Below are positions 54,190 through 62,050 of a stretch of 64,000 nucleotides of DNA, in pieces. Position 1 is the first letter of the stretch. Each line of letters begins with the position of its first letter. A program made the translations under genes and the position numbers. The notes beneath the pieces were generated by a model. It had not been told where the DNA came from. It made no database searches and worked only from the letters and a program-made list of their open reading frames with translations. Origin of the DNA: Candidatus Saccharimonadales bacterium (GTDB taxonomy: Bacteria; Patescibacteriota; UBA1384; 2-12-FULL-50-11); NCBI GenBank assembly GCA_035480235.1, contig DATIHX010000009.1:3857-67856 (forward strand). The letters are read 5' to 3'.

Positions 54190-57105
54190 TTAGATTCCGA
54201 ATTTTACCGCCAATTTTTCGTTGGCGATTGTTGTTAAACCTTCACCACTGGCGGCTTTTTCCAGGGCGTTCAAACTTAAATCTTTTTGAAAATCTTTGGC
54301 CCGTTTATGCAGCAACGCCGCCAACGCTTCGTTATCGGTTATATACGATAATGTTACCTTCTGGCCAACCGCCAGACCGGCTTTTTTGCGAGCGTCTTGG
54401 AGCAATCGCACCAGTTCGCGGTAGCGGCCTTCTTCTTTCAGTTCGGGGGTTAGCTCCGGGTCAAGGCTAATGACTTGGCCGGGCGCTAATTCCGCGCTTT
54501 TAAAACTTTTAAGCGCGCTATTAAAGGTAATGCTGCCGACGTTCACTTCGTCTTTGATAATCGCCAAAACATCGTCGCTCGCTTTTAACTCAATCAGGCC
54601 GGTTAAATCCATCACCGCTAGCGGCTGACGCAGCGACACGCCCATTTCGGCACGGAGCTGGTGGGCTACCGACACGATTTGCCGAGCCGCCGCCATTTGC
54701 CCCAACAAATCGGCGTCTTCTTTGTGCTCCATATTAGAAACGGGATAATTCTGGAGATGGACCGAGTCTGTTTTGCCGGTTAAGACGTGGTGAATAATTT
54801 CCGCGCTAAACGGCAACGTCGGCGCGATCGCATCCGCAAAACGAATTATGACGCCTTCCAAAGTACAGAGCGCCTCTTTGTCGCCGTTCACAAACCGTTC
54901 CCGTGAGCGCCGAATATACCACGTCGATAAGTCTTCAATGAACGGCCTGATTTCTTTAGTAGCAGCAACAAAATCAAAAGCGTCGAGCGCGGTGGAGTGC
55001 TTGTAGATGAATTCTTCTAGACGTAACTCCAGCCAACGATCGAGCAGCTGCGTGCTTGCTGGCCGCTCAGTCTTCGGCTGAAAGTTATGGACATTGGCGT
55101 ACGTCACAAAATACCGGACCGAGTTGTGCAGCACTTGCAGCAAGCGCTGTTCGTCGCGGATGCCGGTTTCGTCCAGCGTCAGGTCTTCGCCGGCCATGAT
55201 TTTTGAACCCATGAAGTAGAGCCGTAAGGCTTCGGCGCCGTATTTTTCAATGGTTTGTTTGGGATCCGGATAGTTGCCGTAGGATTTACTCATCTTGCGG
55301 CCGTCGGTCCCCATCAAGACCCCGGTGACAACAACGTTCTTGAAAGCGTTTTCGTGCTTCAAGGCGTTAGCCAGCAGGTGTAAATAATAAAACCAACCGC
55401 GCAGTTGGCCGGTGTATTCAATAATGAAATCTGCTGGAAAGCTTTGTTCAAATTCTTGCTCGTTTTGGAACGGATAATGAAATTGGCCGTACGGCATCGA
55501 GCCGGATTCGAACCAAACGTCCAGCACGTCTTTGACGCGGGTGAACTTTTTGCCGTCGCGTTCAATAAACACTTCATCAATTTTTGGCCGATGTAGGTCG
55601 GTAATTTTGGTGCCAGAAAGTTCCTCCAGCTCCGCCACTGAACCCGGCACAATCGTCTCACCGTCTTCGGCCTGCCAAACTGGCAGCGGCGTCCCCCAGT
55701 AGCGGCTGCGCGAAATACTCCAATCTGGCGCGTTCTGTATGTTGTAAGCAAACCGGCCGTCGCCAAAGTGCTTCGGTACCCAATTAACATCGTGGTTTTT
55801 TTCCAGCAGCTGCTCGCGAATCCGGTCGAGCTTCAGGTACCAGGAGACCTGGGATTTGTAGATCAGCGGCGTGCCGCAGCGGTAACAATGGGGGTAGCTG
55901 TGGGTAATGGTTTCTTCTTTGAAAAGCAGCCCCCGCTCTTGCAAATCAGCAGTAATGCCGGGGTTAGCTTTTTTGTAATACTGACCGGCCCAGTTTTTGA
56001 CTTCCGGTACGAAGTGGCCCTCATCGGTCAGGGTTAAAGCTAAAGACAGATTATTTTTCTCACCCAGCTTGGTGTCGTCTTCGCCAAAACCCGGGGCGAT
56101 GTGGACGATGCCAGTGCCTTCGTCCATCGAGACAAAATCCCCGGCGTAAACCTGAAAATCCTGCGGTTTGGTGGCAAAGAATTTGTAGAGCGGCTCGTAC
56201 TTTTGGCCGACAAGTTTTTCGCCTTTGAAGGTCTCAATAATCTCTAAGTCGAAGTCGCGATAGCGCTCCAGGGCCTGGTGGGCCAAAATATAGGTTTCTT
56301 TGCCATCGGTTGCCCGGACGTACTCGGCTTTCGGGTCGACGGCCAAGGCCAAATTGGCCGGCAAGGTCCAGGGCGTCGTCGTCCAAGCCAAGAAGTAGTC
56401 TCCTGCCCTGAGCGACCCGGCTTTGCCGGAGGAAGTCGAAGGGTCGTCAACCAGTTTGAATTTCACTGTCACCGCCGGGTCTTCCACGTCTCTGTAATTG
56501 CCGTCGTCCATGGTTATTTCGAACTTACTCAGCGGCGTGGCGCAGCGTGGGCAGTACAACGACACCCGGCGGCCTTGGTAAATCAGCCCCTTGTCGTAGA
56601 GCGTTTTGAACACCCAGAGCACCGTTTCCATGTAGTCCAAATTGTCGGTGCGGTAGGCGTTGTCCATGTCCACCCAGCGGCCGATGTGGTCGATGTACCA
56701 GCGCCAAGCCTCCGAGGTTTCGCCCACGTACTCGCGGCAAGCGGCGATAAATTTATCGATCCCCAGCGCTTCGATGTCTTTTTTACTCTTCAGCCCCAGT
56801 TTTTTCTCCACCTGGTTTTCGGCTGGCAAACCGTGCGTATCCCAACCCCATTGGCGGCGGACGTACTTGCCTTTCATGGTTTGGTAACGCGGGATGATAT
56901 CTTTGGCGATCGACGGCAACAGCGTGGCGTAATGCGGCAAGCCAGTGATAAACGGCGGCCCGTCGTAAAAACTGAAAACTTCGCCCTTAGCGGTTTTGTC
57001 TAAGGATTTCTGAAACGTCTTGTCTTTAGCCCAAAATTCCAGGACGTGCTCTTCCAGCTCGAAAAGTGATTTAAAACTCGGCAGCTCAAATTTTTCTTCG
57101 GCCAT
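54190..57105 (-). CDS. ileS: isoleucyl-tRNA synthetase (type-2-like N-terminus)
   Basis: FYDGPPFITGLPHYAT (HIGH region), GWDTHGLP and KMSKS (GRKMSKSYGN). Confidence 0.95.
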   Translation of the reverse strand: MAEEKFELPSFKSLFELEEHVLEFWAKDKTFQKSLDKTAKGEVFSFYDGPPFITGLPHYATLLPSIAKDIIPRYQTMKGKYVRRQWGWDTHGLPAENQVEKKLGLKSKKDIEALGIDKFIAACREYVGETSEAWRWYIDHIGRWVDMDNAYRTDNLDYMETVLWVFKTLYDKGLIYQGRRVSLYCPRCATPLSKFEITMDDGNYRDVEDPAVTVKFKLVDDPSTSSGKAGSLRAGDYFLAWTTTPWTLPANLALAVDPKAEYVRATDGKETYILAHQALERYRDFDLEIIETFKGEKLVGQKYEPLYKFFATKPQDFQVYAGDFVSMDEGTGIVHIAPGFGEDDTKLGEKNNLSLALTLTDEGHFVPEVKNWAGQYYKKANPGITADLQERGLLFKEETITHSYPHCYRCGTPLIYKSQVSWYLKLDRIREQLLEKNHDVNWVPKHFGDGRFAYNIQNAPDWSISRSRYWGTPLPVWQAEDGETIVPGSVAELEELSGTKITDLHRPKIDEVFIERDGKKFTRVKDVLDVWFESGSMPYGQFHYPFQNEQEFEQSFPADFIIEYTGQLRGWFYYLHLLANALKHENAFKNVVVTGVLMGTDGRKMSKSYGNYPDPKQTIEKYGAEALRLYFMGSKIMAGEDLTLDETGIRDEQRLLQVLHNSVRYFVTYANVHNFQPKTERPASTQLLDRWLELRLEEFIYKHSTALDAFDFVAATKEIRPFIEDLSTWYIRRSRERFVNGDKEALCTLEGVIIRFADAIAPTLPFSAEIIHHVLTGKTDSVHLQNYPVSNMEHKEDADLLGQMAAARQIVSVAHQLRAEMGVSLRQPLAVMDLTGLIELKASDDVLAIIKDEVNVGSITFNSALKSFKSAELAPGQVISLDPELTPELKEEGRYRELVRLLQDARKKAGLAVGQKVTLSYITDNEALAALLHKRAKDFQKDLSLNALEKAASGEGLTTIANEKLAVKFGI

Positions 57106-57151
57106 CGTTCCCCTATTTTACTCGGAAAGCGCTGTAAGGAGAATGGAGTAT

Positions 57152-57180
57152 AAAAAAGCCCCACCGCTAGAAGGTGGGGT
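57152..57180 (-). terminator. intrinsic terminator
   Basis: Minus strand: CCCCACC ttctagc GGTGGGG CTTTTTT. Confidence 0.7.
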
Positions 57181-57185
57181 CGACG

Positions 57186-57698
57186 CTACTGCGTCAGAAA
57201 TAACATTGGATCATCCGTCTGGGCATTTTCCATAACCGAAGAAGGTGGCCAAGGCCAGATTTGAACTTCCCAAGCTTCTTCCGCCAACTCGGGCACCAGA
57301 ATAACGAGGTCGTTGTTGTAGTTTCCCAGCGGTCGAGTAACAAACGGGGGAACAATTCCGAACACCCCCTTTTTGATTTTGGACGGTCGGTTCACCAACA
57401 TGAAGCCAACCATCTTATCCAACCCAACTATGCCGAGCTCCCTGGAATACTCCTTCAGTTTCACCAGGTCAAGACCCGGATTGCGGCCGAACTTGTAGGC
57501 CGTGATCGATGATGTTTGGCTTTCCCAGGTTTGGCTGAAGTCTGGTGTAACGCGACACATAAACCGCTTTCGGCTGGGTTCAACTTTGGCGTTCCACTGA
57601 TTTCCCTTATCTTGCAACAGGTTGAGCGCTTCCAGCTCGGTCATTCCAACCGCCTTAAACGTTCTGACCGCCCGAACGATTTGACTAATTTCTGGCAT
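57186..57698 (-). CDS. hypothetical protein (170 aa)
   Basis: Has its own promoter, a GAGGTG RBS and a terminator. No motif recognised. Confidence 0.65.
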   Translation of the reverse strand: MPEISQIVRAVRTFKAVGMTELEALNLLQDKGNQWNAKVEPSRKRFMCRVTPDFSQTWESQTSSITAYKFGRNPGLDLVKLKEYSRELGIVGLDKMVGFMLVNRPSKIKKGVFGIVPPFVTRPLGNYNNDLVILVPELAEEAWEVQIWPWPPSSVMENAQTDDPMLFLTQ

Positions 57699-57726
57699 AA
57701 AAGGTACACCTCACTTTTGTGCGGTA

Positions 57727-57755
57727 ATAATAGCACCCCAACCCTAATAAGTCAA
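57727..57755 (-). promoter_or_regulatory. sigma70-like promoter
   Basis: Minus strand: TTGACT, 17 nt, TATTAT. Confidence 0.6.
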
Positions 57756-57765
57756 GGGCTTTTAC

Positions 57766-58998
57766 TTAGATTTGGTCGCGTGAAATCGCTTCTTGTTTGC
57801 CTGTCGCCAGGAACTTTCGAACGATTTGACCTCTTTGCCACTCGTTTTCAAACGGAATCAAAATATTGGCGTAGCCGCGTTTGTCGGCGTATTTGATCTG
57901 TTTGCCGAGCTCGATGGTATCGTCTAGGTAAACTTCCACGTTTTTACCGTTTTTACGGAGTTCACGGACCCACATATTAACCTCGTTTGAAGTTTCAGGG
58001 AGGCGAACAACAAACAGCGTGTCATCCGGTTTTTGGTCTGTTAGTAAGTCGCTCAAACGATCAACGCCAAAACTCAGACCAACCGCTGGCACGCGCTGGC
58101 CGGTTAAATTAGCAATTAAATTGTCGTAGCGGCCACCAGCCACCACCGTCCCGCCGTCGTAACCGTCGGCTTTAAATTCGAAGATCGTGCCGGTGTAATA
58201 ATCCAGCCCTCGGACCATCCCCGGCGCAAAGACCGCCTCAACGCCGCGCTTTTTGGCCCAGGCTAATACCGCTTTAACAGTGATAAAGGCCGGCGAACCC
58301 GGCAGCAGCTGCTCAATTTTTTCCAGCGCCTCGTCGCCTTCGGCTAAAAAGTAGGCCGAAAGTTGTCGGCGTTCGACGTCGCTCAAACCCAATTGTTTGA
58401 ATTGAGCTATAAACTCGTCTTCCGGCAACTTGTCCTTTTTATCAAACAGTTGGGTGATCTTAACCCGTTCTTTAGCCGGAATCTTAAGCTCGTCGAAAAC
58501 GGCGGTAATTAACCGGCGATCGTTAACCAAGCAAGTCAGTTTGACACCCAGTCGTTCGCCAGCGGCAGCTACTACTGACATCAGCTCCAGTTCGCTGGAA
58601 GGCTCCGGCGCGCCGATAATATCGATATCCGCCTGAGTAAATTGGCGGTAGCGGCCTTTTTGCGGCCGTTCGGCTCGCCAGCTACTGCCAATCTCAAAGC
58701 GCTTAAACGGCAACGGTAGTTCGCTCAAATTGGCGGCCACAAACCGGCTGAGCGGGACGGTTAGGTCGTAACGCAAACCGACTTGGCGTTTACCATTATC
58801 TTCAAATAAGTAGAGTTGTTTCTGGCCCTCGTCGCCCAGTTTACCGAGCAAAATCTCTTGCCGTTCGATGGCTGGCGTCTCTAAAGCCTGGTAGCCGTAA
58901 CTTTGAAAAGTTTTTTGGAGTTCGTTAATGACCCAACTTTTGGCCGGGCCAAGTTGGTCGCGAAATCCGCTTAAAGGCAAAAAACTTGTTTTGTCCAT
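57766..58998 (-). CDS. hisS: histidyl-tRNA synthetase
   Basis: Class II motifs (FRAERPQKGRYRQF, GGRYDNL, GLSFGVDR) and an anticodon-binding C-terminus. Confidence 0.93.
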   Translation of the reverse strand: MDKTSFLPLSGFRDQLGPAKSWVINELQKTFQSYGYQALETPAIERQEILLGKLGDEGQKQLYLFEDNGKRQVGLRYDLTVPLSRFVAANLSELPLPFKRFEIGSSWRAERPQKGRYRQFTQADIDIIGAPEPSSELELMSVVAAAGERLGVKLTCLVNDRRLITAVFDELKIPAKERVKITQLFDKKDKLPEDEFIAQFKQLGLSDVERRQLSAYFLAEGDEALEKIEQLLPGSPAFITVKAVLAWAKKRGVEAVFAPGMVRGLDYYTGTIFEFKADGYDGGTVVAGGRYDNLIANLTGQRVPAVGLSFGVDRLSDLLTDQKPDDTLFVVRLPETSNEVNMWVRELRKNGKNVEVYLDDTIELGKQIKYADKRGYANILIPFENEWQRGQIVRKFLATGKQEAISRDQI

Positions 58999-59057
58999 GG
59001 GGTTATTTTACCTGAAAAGCGGTACTGGAGGTAGAGCAGAAATCGAGCCCAAATCCC

Positions 59058-59086
59058 TTGACTTTTTGGCCATTTTATGGTATAAA
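59058..59086 (+). promoter_or_regulatory. sigma70-like promoter with extended -10
   Basis: TTGACT, 17 nt (ending TGG), TATAAA. Confidence 0.6.
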
Positions 59087-59146
59087 TAGCTATCGAAGAA
59101 AGGTTACATTAACCGCTTCGTGAACATCAAATAAGGAGGCTCGTGA

Positions 59147-59791
59147 TTGAAACGATCCGCATTGCTCTGGCTCTCCCACGTCTGCACGGTGCTCTTCGGC
59201 ATCGGTAGCGTCTGGGTAATTTGCCAGCAACCGGCGGGTCAGTCGGTGAGTTGGTATCTGTCATTTTTCTTGTTCTGCGTGGTCGCCTTAGCGATTACCG
59301 TGCAAGAAACCCCTTCTCCCGAAACCCTAACCCGCAGGGAGGTTTATCGACTGTGGTCAATCGTGGCCGCTGTCAATCTTACTGCCTGCGTTACCGCTAA
59401 ACTGGTAACCAGCAGCCCGCTCTGGACGGAAAAGGACAAACTCAACTTCGGCATTTATGGCACTGCTACGCTCGTTGTGGTGGTGGCCGCCTGGCTAACT
59501 GGCAAAAAGTTGACCGACCCGCTAGTTAGAGGTTGGTGCGCCTTTGCCCTCAAGGACATCCCGCAAGGATTTCTGGCTTGGCTAGGCTCGCATGACCCTA
59601 AAGTACTGCCGATTATCCTGACGATTGTAGTTGGGTTGGTCACAATCCTGCTGCGGTTGATTCAGTTCGGTAATCCGCTTCAGCTCCTGAATTGGACCCG
59701 AGAGAAGCAGAGCTTGGCTCTGGCCGAGTACTTCAATTTCATTTCCTGGGCAGCCGTGGGAGTCGTCTGGACTGTTCACTATTTCGCCTAA
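59147..59791 (+). CDS. hypothetical polytopic membrane protein
   Basis: AAGGAGG RBS 7 nt before the TTG start. About 6 TM helices. Confidence 0.6.
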   Translation: MKRSALLWLSHVCTVLFGIGSVWVICQQPAGQSVSWYLSFFLFCVVALAITVQETPSPETLTRREVYRLWSIVAAVNLTACVTAKLVTSSPLWTEKDKLNFGIYGTATLVVVVAAWLTGKKLTDPLVRGWCAFALKDIPQGFLAWLGSHDPKVLPIILTIVVGLVTILLRLIQFGNPLQLLNWTREKQSLALAEYFNFISWAAVGVVWTVHYFA

Positions 59792-59819
59792 AGAGGTCGC
59801 TATCGCGGCCTCTCTTTTT

Positions 59820-60629
59820 TTACAATTGGACGGAGTCACAGCGGAAAGAATGTTCCAGCGTGCGGATGGCGCGGTAATGGGTGTCAGCGTCAGTACTGGC
59901 AATGACGGCAGAATCGTAAACTTTTTGATCAAATTTTTCGGCGGAAATTGTGGGGCTCGGGCTAAAAACTAGGCCGTTGATATCGGCTTTAGCGGCAAGC
60001 CAAGCGGCTAGAGCGGTCGGCAGAACAGTGATGAACTTTTTTGGTTCCGGCAAAGCGCTAATTTTTGCCAGAACTTTAGCGTCGAGCGCCGGCTCCAGCA
60101 AAACCGCGCCCAAATAGACGTGCTGGAGGCTGGCCAACTTTTCGCCGATGCCATGGACCGAGCTGCGGCCAACAAACAGCGCCAAAAAGCCGTGATGGCC
60201 GGCTTTTTCTTCAAGTTTTTCCAGCTCTTTCTTTTCAATCGCACCCAAAAGCAATTGCGCTGAAACGTCGCTGGCTAAGCCGATAATATACGAGAATTTT
60301 TTACTATTCTCTTCCACTAATTTTTGCTCACCGACGAGCGATAACGTTCGGCTATCCAGCAGCGCGACTTTCGGCAGTTTCCCCTTCATCGCCGGCAAAA
60401 TCTTTTCCACCTCGCTCTGGCTATTTTTAGTGGCCGCTAAAACTTTCAAGGCCGCTTCCACTTGGCTGCCTTGGCCGGTATAGCGGGCGACCTGCCAAGA
60501 CTTTATCAGTAAACCGAGCGGCTCGATTATTTGCAGCACTGGCTTTTGTAGTCGCTGGTGCGCCACCAGCCAGAGCACAAAGAAAAGGCCTGCCATTACC
60601 AAAACTGCCGCCATAATTGCCGCCTCCAT
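59820..60629 (-). CDS. membrane-anchored protein resembling a degenerate P-type ATPase cytoplasmic (N/P-domain) segment
   Basis: One TM helix, then ...GFLALFVG...YLGAVLLEPALDAKVLAKISAL..KKFITVLPTALAAWLAAKADI. This parallels ...VIALAY...FVGFLALNDQVRLDARAAIAAAQAAGVKVVMLTGDHLLTARTIAQKVGI of the ATPase at 62051. Start uncertain (60629 ATG or 60656 TTG). Confidence 0.5.
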   Translation of the reverse strand: MEAAIMAAVLVMAGLFFVLWLVAHQRLQKPVLQIIEPLGLLIKSWQVARYTGQGSQVEAALKVLAATKNSQSEVEKILPAMKGKLPKVALLDSRTLSLVGEQKLVEENSKKFSYIIGLASDVSAQLLLGAIEKKELEKLEEKAGHHGFLALFVGRSSVHGIGEKLASLQHVYLGAVLLEPALDAKVLAKISALPEPKKFITVLPTALAAWLAAKADINGLVFSPSPTISAEKFDQKVYDSAVIASTDADTHYRAIRTLEHSFRCDSVQL

Positions 60630-60684
60630 GCTTTCAGTGTACCCGATGTTGCCCAAACGGTTTCAAGCAGGTACGGTTAGAGAA

Positions 60685-60993
60685 ATGCCAGAACCCACGT
60701 GGGCGCCGCCGATTCAATCGCTCGATATTGCCCCGGAGAAAAAGCCGCGTTTGCCGTGGCTGAACGCTCGCAACGTGCTCATCGTCTCCATCGCCGGCTA
60801 TATTTTCGACTTCCCTCACAACACCTTTGGCAAAGTTTCCAATTTGATCGGCCTAATCGGCCTAGTCCTCGGGTTCGTGATGCTGGTGGAAAACGTGGTG
60901 GAGAGCGGCATTCACCGCAAATGGAACAGCCGCCAACTGCTGATCGGCTGGCTGCTCCTCATCGCCGCCGTGGTGGTGGGGATTTATACGTAG
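60685..60993 (+). CDS. hypothetical small membrane protein
   Basis: Three hydrophobic helices. Weak RBS and uncertain start. Confidence 0.4.
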   Translation: MPEPTWAPPIQSLDIAPEKKPRLPWLNARNVLIVSIAGYIFDFPHNTFGKVSNLIGLIGLVLGFVMLVENVVESGIHRKWNSRQLLIGWLLLIAAVVVGIYT

Positions 60994-61038
60994 TTGTAAT
61001 GCTTCAGCACTTAGAGTAGAAAAACTAAAAGGAGGAAT

Positions 61039-61437
61039 ATGGGCGAAGGATTAAATTACACCCCTGAAAATGCAACCGACGAGCAACCAATAGGGTTCAC
61101 CGACCCAGATGCACGGCAATACGAAGCAGACGTCAAAGAGTCTCAAGAGGAAACTCTACAAAAAATAACGGCCATTAACGACGAGGCAAATTTGTTGCTC
61201 CCTAGCAAATTTCCTAATTTTGTCACTTGGAAACGAGACAATGTAGCGCAAATGCAAGAAGATTTATCAAATTATCTAGCTTACCGAGGACAATTACCCA
61301 AACTTACGGAGTTGTTTGAGCAACGAGAATCTTTAAAGGATAAAAGGGACTATTTGGAACAGCAATCACAGCATATAGATCCACATCACTTAGGACCTCA
61401 CATCGACGAACCAAAACTGCCCAAAGAAGGGGTTTAG
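61039..61437 (+). CDS. hypothetical acidic protein (132 aa)
   Basis: AAAGGAGGAAT RBS. Lower GC than its surroundings. Abuts the tRNA 3' end. Confidence 0.6.
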   Translation: MGEGLNYTPENATDEQPIGFTDPDARQYEADVKESQEETLQKITAINDEANLLLPSKFPNFVTWKRDNVAQMQEDLSNYLAYRGQLPKLTELFEQRESLKDKRDYLEQQSQHIDPHHLGPHIDEPKLPKEGV

Positions 61438-61456
61438 TTTTTCAAATCTACCCGTG

Positions 61457-61530
61457 CGGTCTCAGCGGGAGTCGAACCCGCGATCTCTTGGATGAGAACC
61501 AAGTGTCCTAGGCCACTAGACGATGAGACC
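61457..61530 (-). tRNA. tRNA-Glu (anticodon CUC), no encoded CCA
   Basis: Manual cloverleaf: GGTCTCA tc GTCT agtggccta GGAC a CTTGG ttCTCat CCAAG agatc GCGGG ttcgact CCCGC TGAGACC g. The D-arm UCGUCUAGUGGCCUAGGACAC matches the tRNA-Glu pattern. Confidence 0.9.
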
Positions 61531-61578
61531 AATATCTAAGCCATTTTACCGAAATTTCTGCCCTAGGTCGAGCGTGTA

Positions 61579-61956
61579 TTAGCCCTTCAGCAGCGCTTTA
61601 ACCTTTTCCACCAGCTCCTGGGGCTTGATTTCGGTTTTGTGGTAGAAACCTTGAACCAAGTTTTTGGTTTGAGTTTGGTACTCAGGGTTGGGGAGGGCGG
61701 TGAGGATAATAATCGGCAGGTGCTTAGTCTCGGGGTGCGAGCGCAAAATTTTGAGCGTCCGCATCCCGCCTTGGCGCGGCAACATCAGGTCTAAAACAAC
61801 GGCGTCCGGCTCTTGGGCTAGTGTCACACTCACCCCTTCTTCGCCGTCACCAGCCTCCAAGACATCAAAATTGTTATGGGTGAAGATTTCTTTGTAGAGC
61901 GTTCGGAGCGTGACGTCGTCTTCAACTAGTAGAACCTTCATTAGTTTAATATCCAA
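61579..61956 (-). CDS. receiver-only response regulator
   Basis: VLLVEDD...VVLDLMLPRQGGMRTLKILR...IIILTA. Confidence 0.85.
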   Translation of the reverse strand: MDIKLMKVLLVEDDVTLRTLYKEIFTHNNFDVLEAGDGEEGVSVTLAQEPDAVVLDLMLPRQGGMRTLKILRSHPETKHLPIIILTALPNPEYQTQTKNLVQGFYHKTEIKPQELVEKVKALLKG

Positions 61957-62049
61957 TAATCAATAGCTAAGTTGCAAATAATATTCAAAATTCTAAATAA
62001 TTAATTGATTTTTACTTGGTTATTATTTGTAACTTGAGTATTGAATATT
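61948..62049. repeat. AT-rich palindromic intergenic repeat, copy C
   Basis: Left arm aatatccaataatcaatagctaagttgcaaataat, right arm attatttgtaacttgagtattgaatatt. Confidence 0.8.
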
Positions 62050-62050
62050 A

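Noticed and set aside
56278-57003. Long antisense or alternative-frame ORFs inside conserved genes. Examples: 56278..57003(+) in ileS, 47715..48344(+) in the kinase, 43993..44631(-) and 43095..43613(-) in the pilus genes, 18145..18660(+) in mnmA, 11624..12010(+) in ligA, and 5..190 and 272..589(+) in rpsB.
   Set aside because: They overlap genes with clear family motifs on the other strand or frame. They have Arg/Gly/Pro-rich low-complexity translations typical of shadow ORFs, and they lack RBS signals.
60990-61456. Small low-GC gene (61039..61437) abutting the 3' end of tRNA-Glu as a possible integrated island.
   Set aside because: No direct repeat of the tRNA 3' end and no integrase were found nearby. 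Only one short gene is involved, so the evidence is insufficient.
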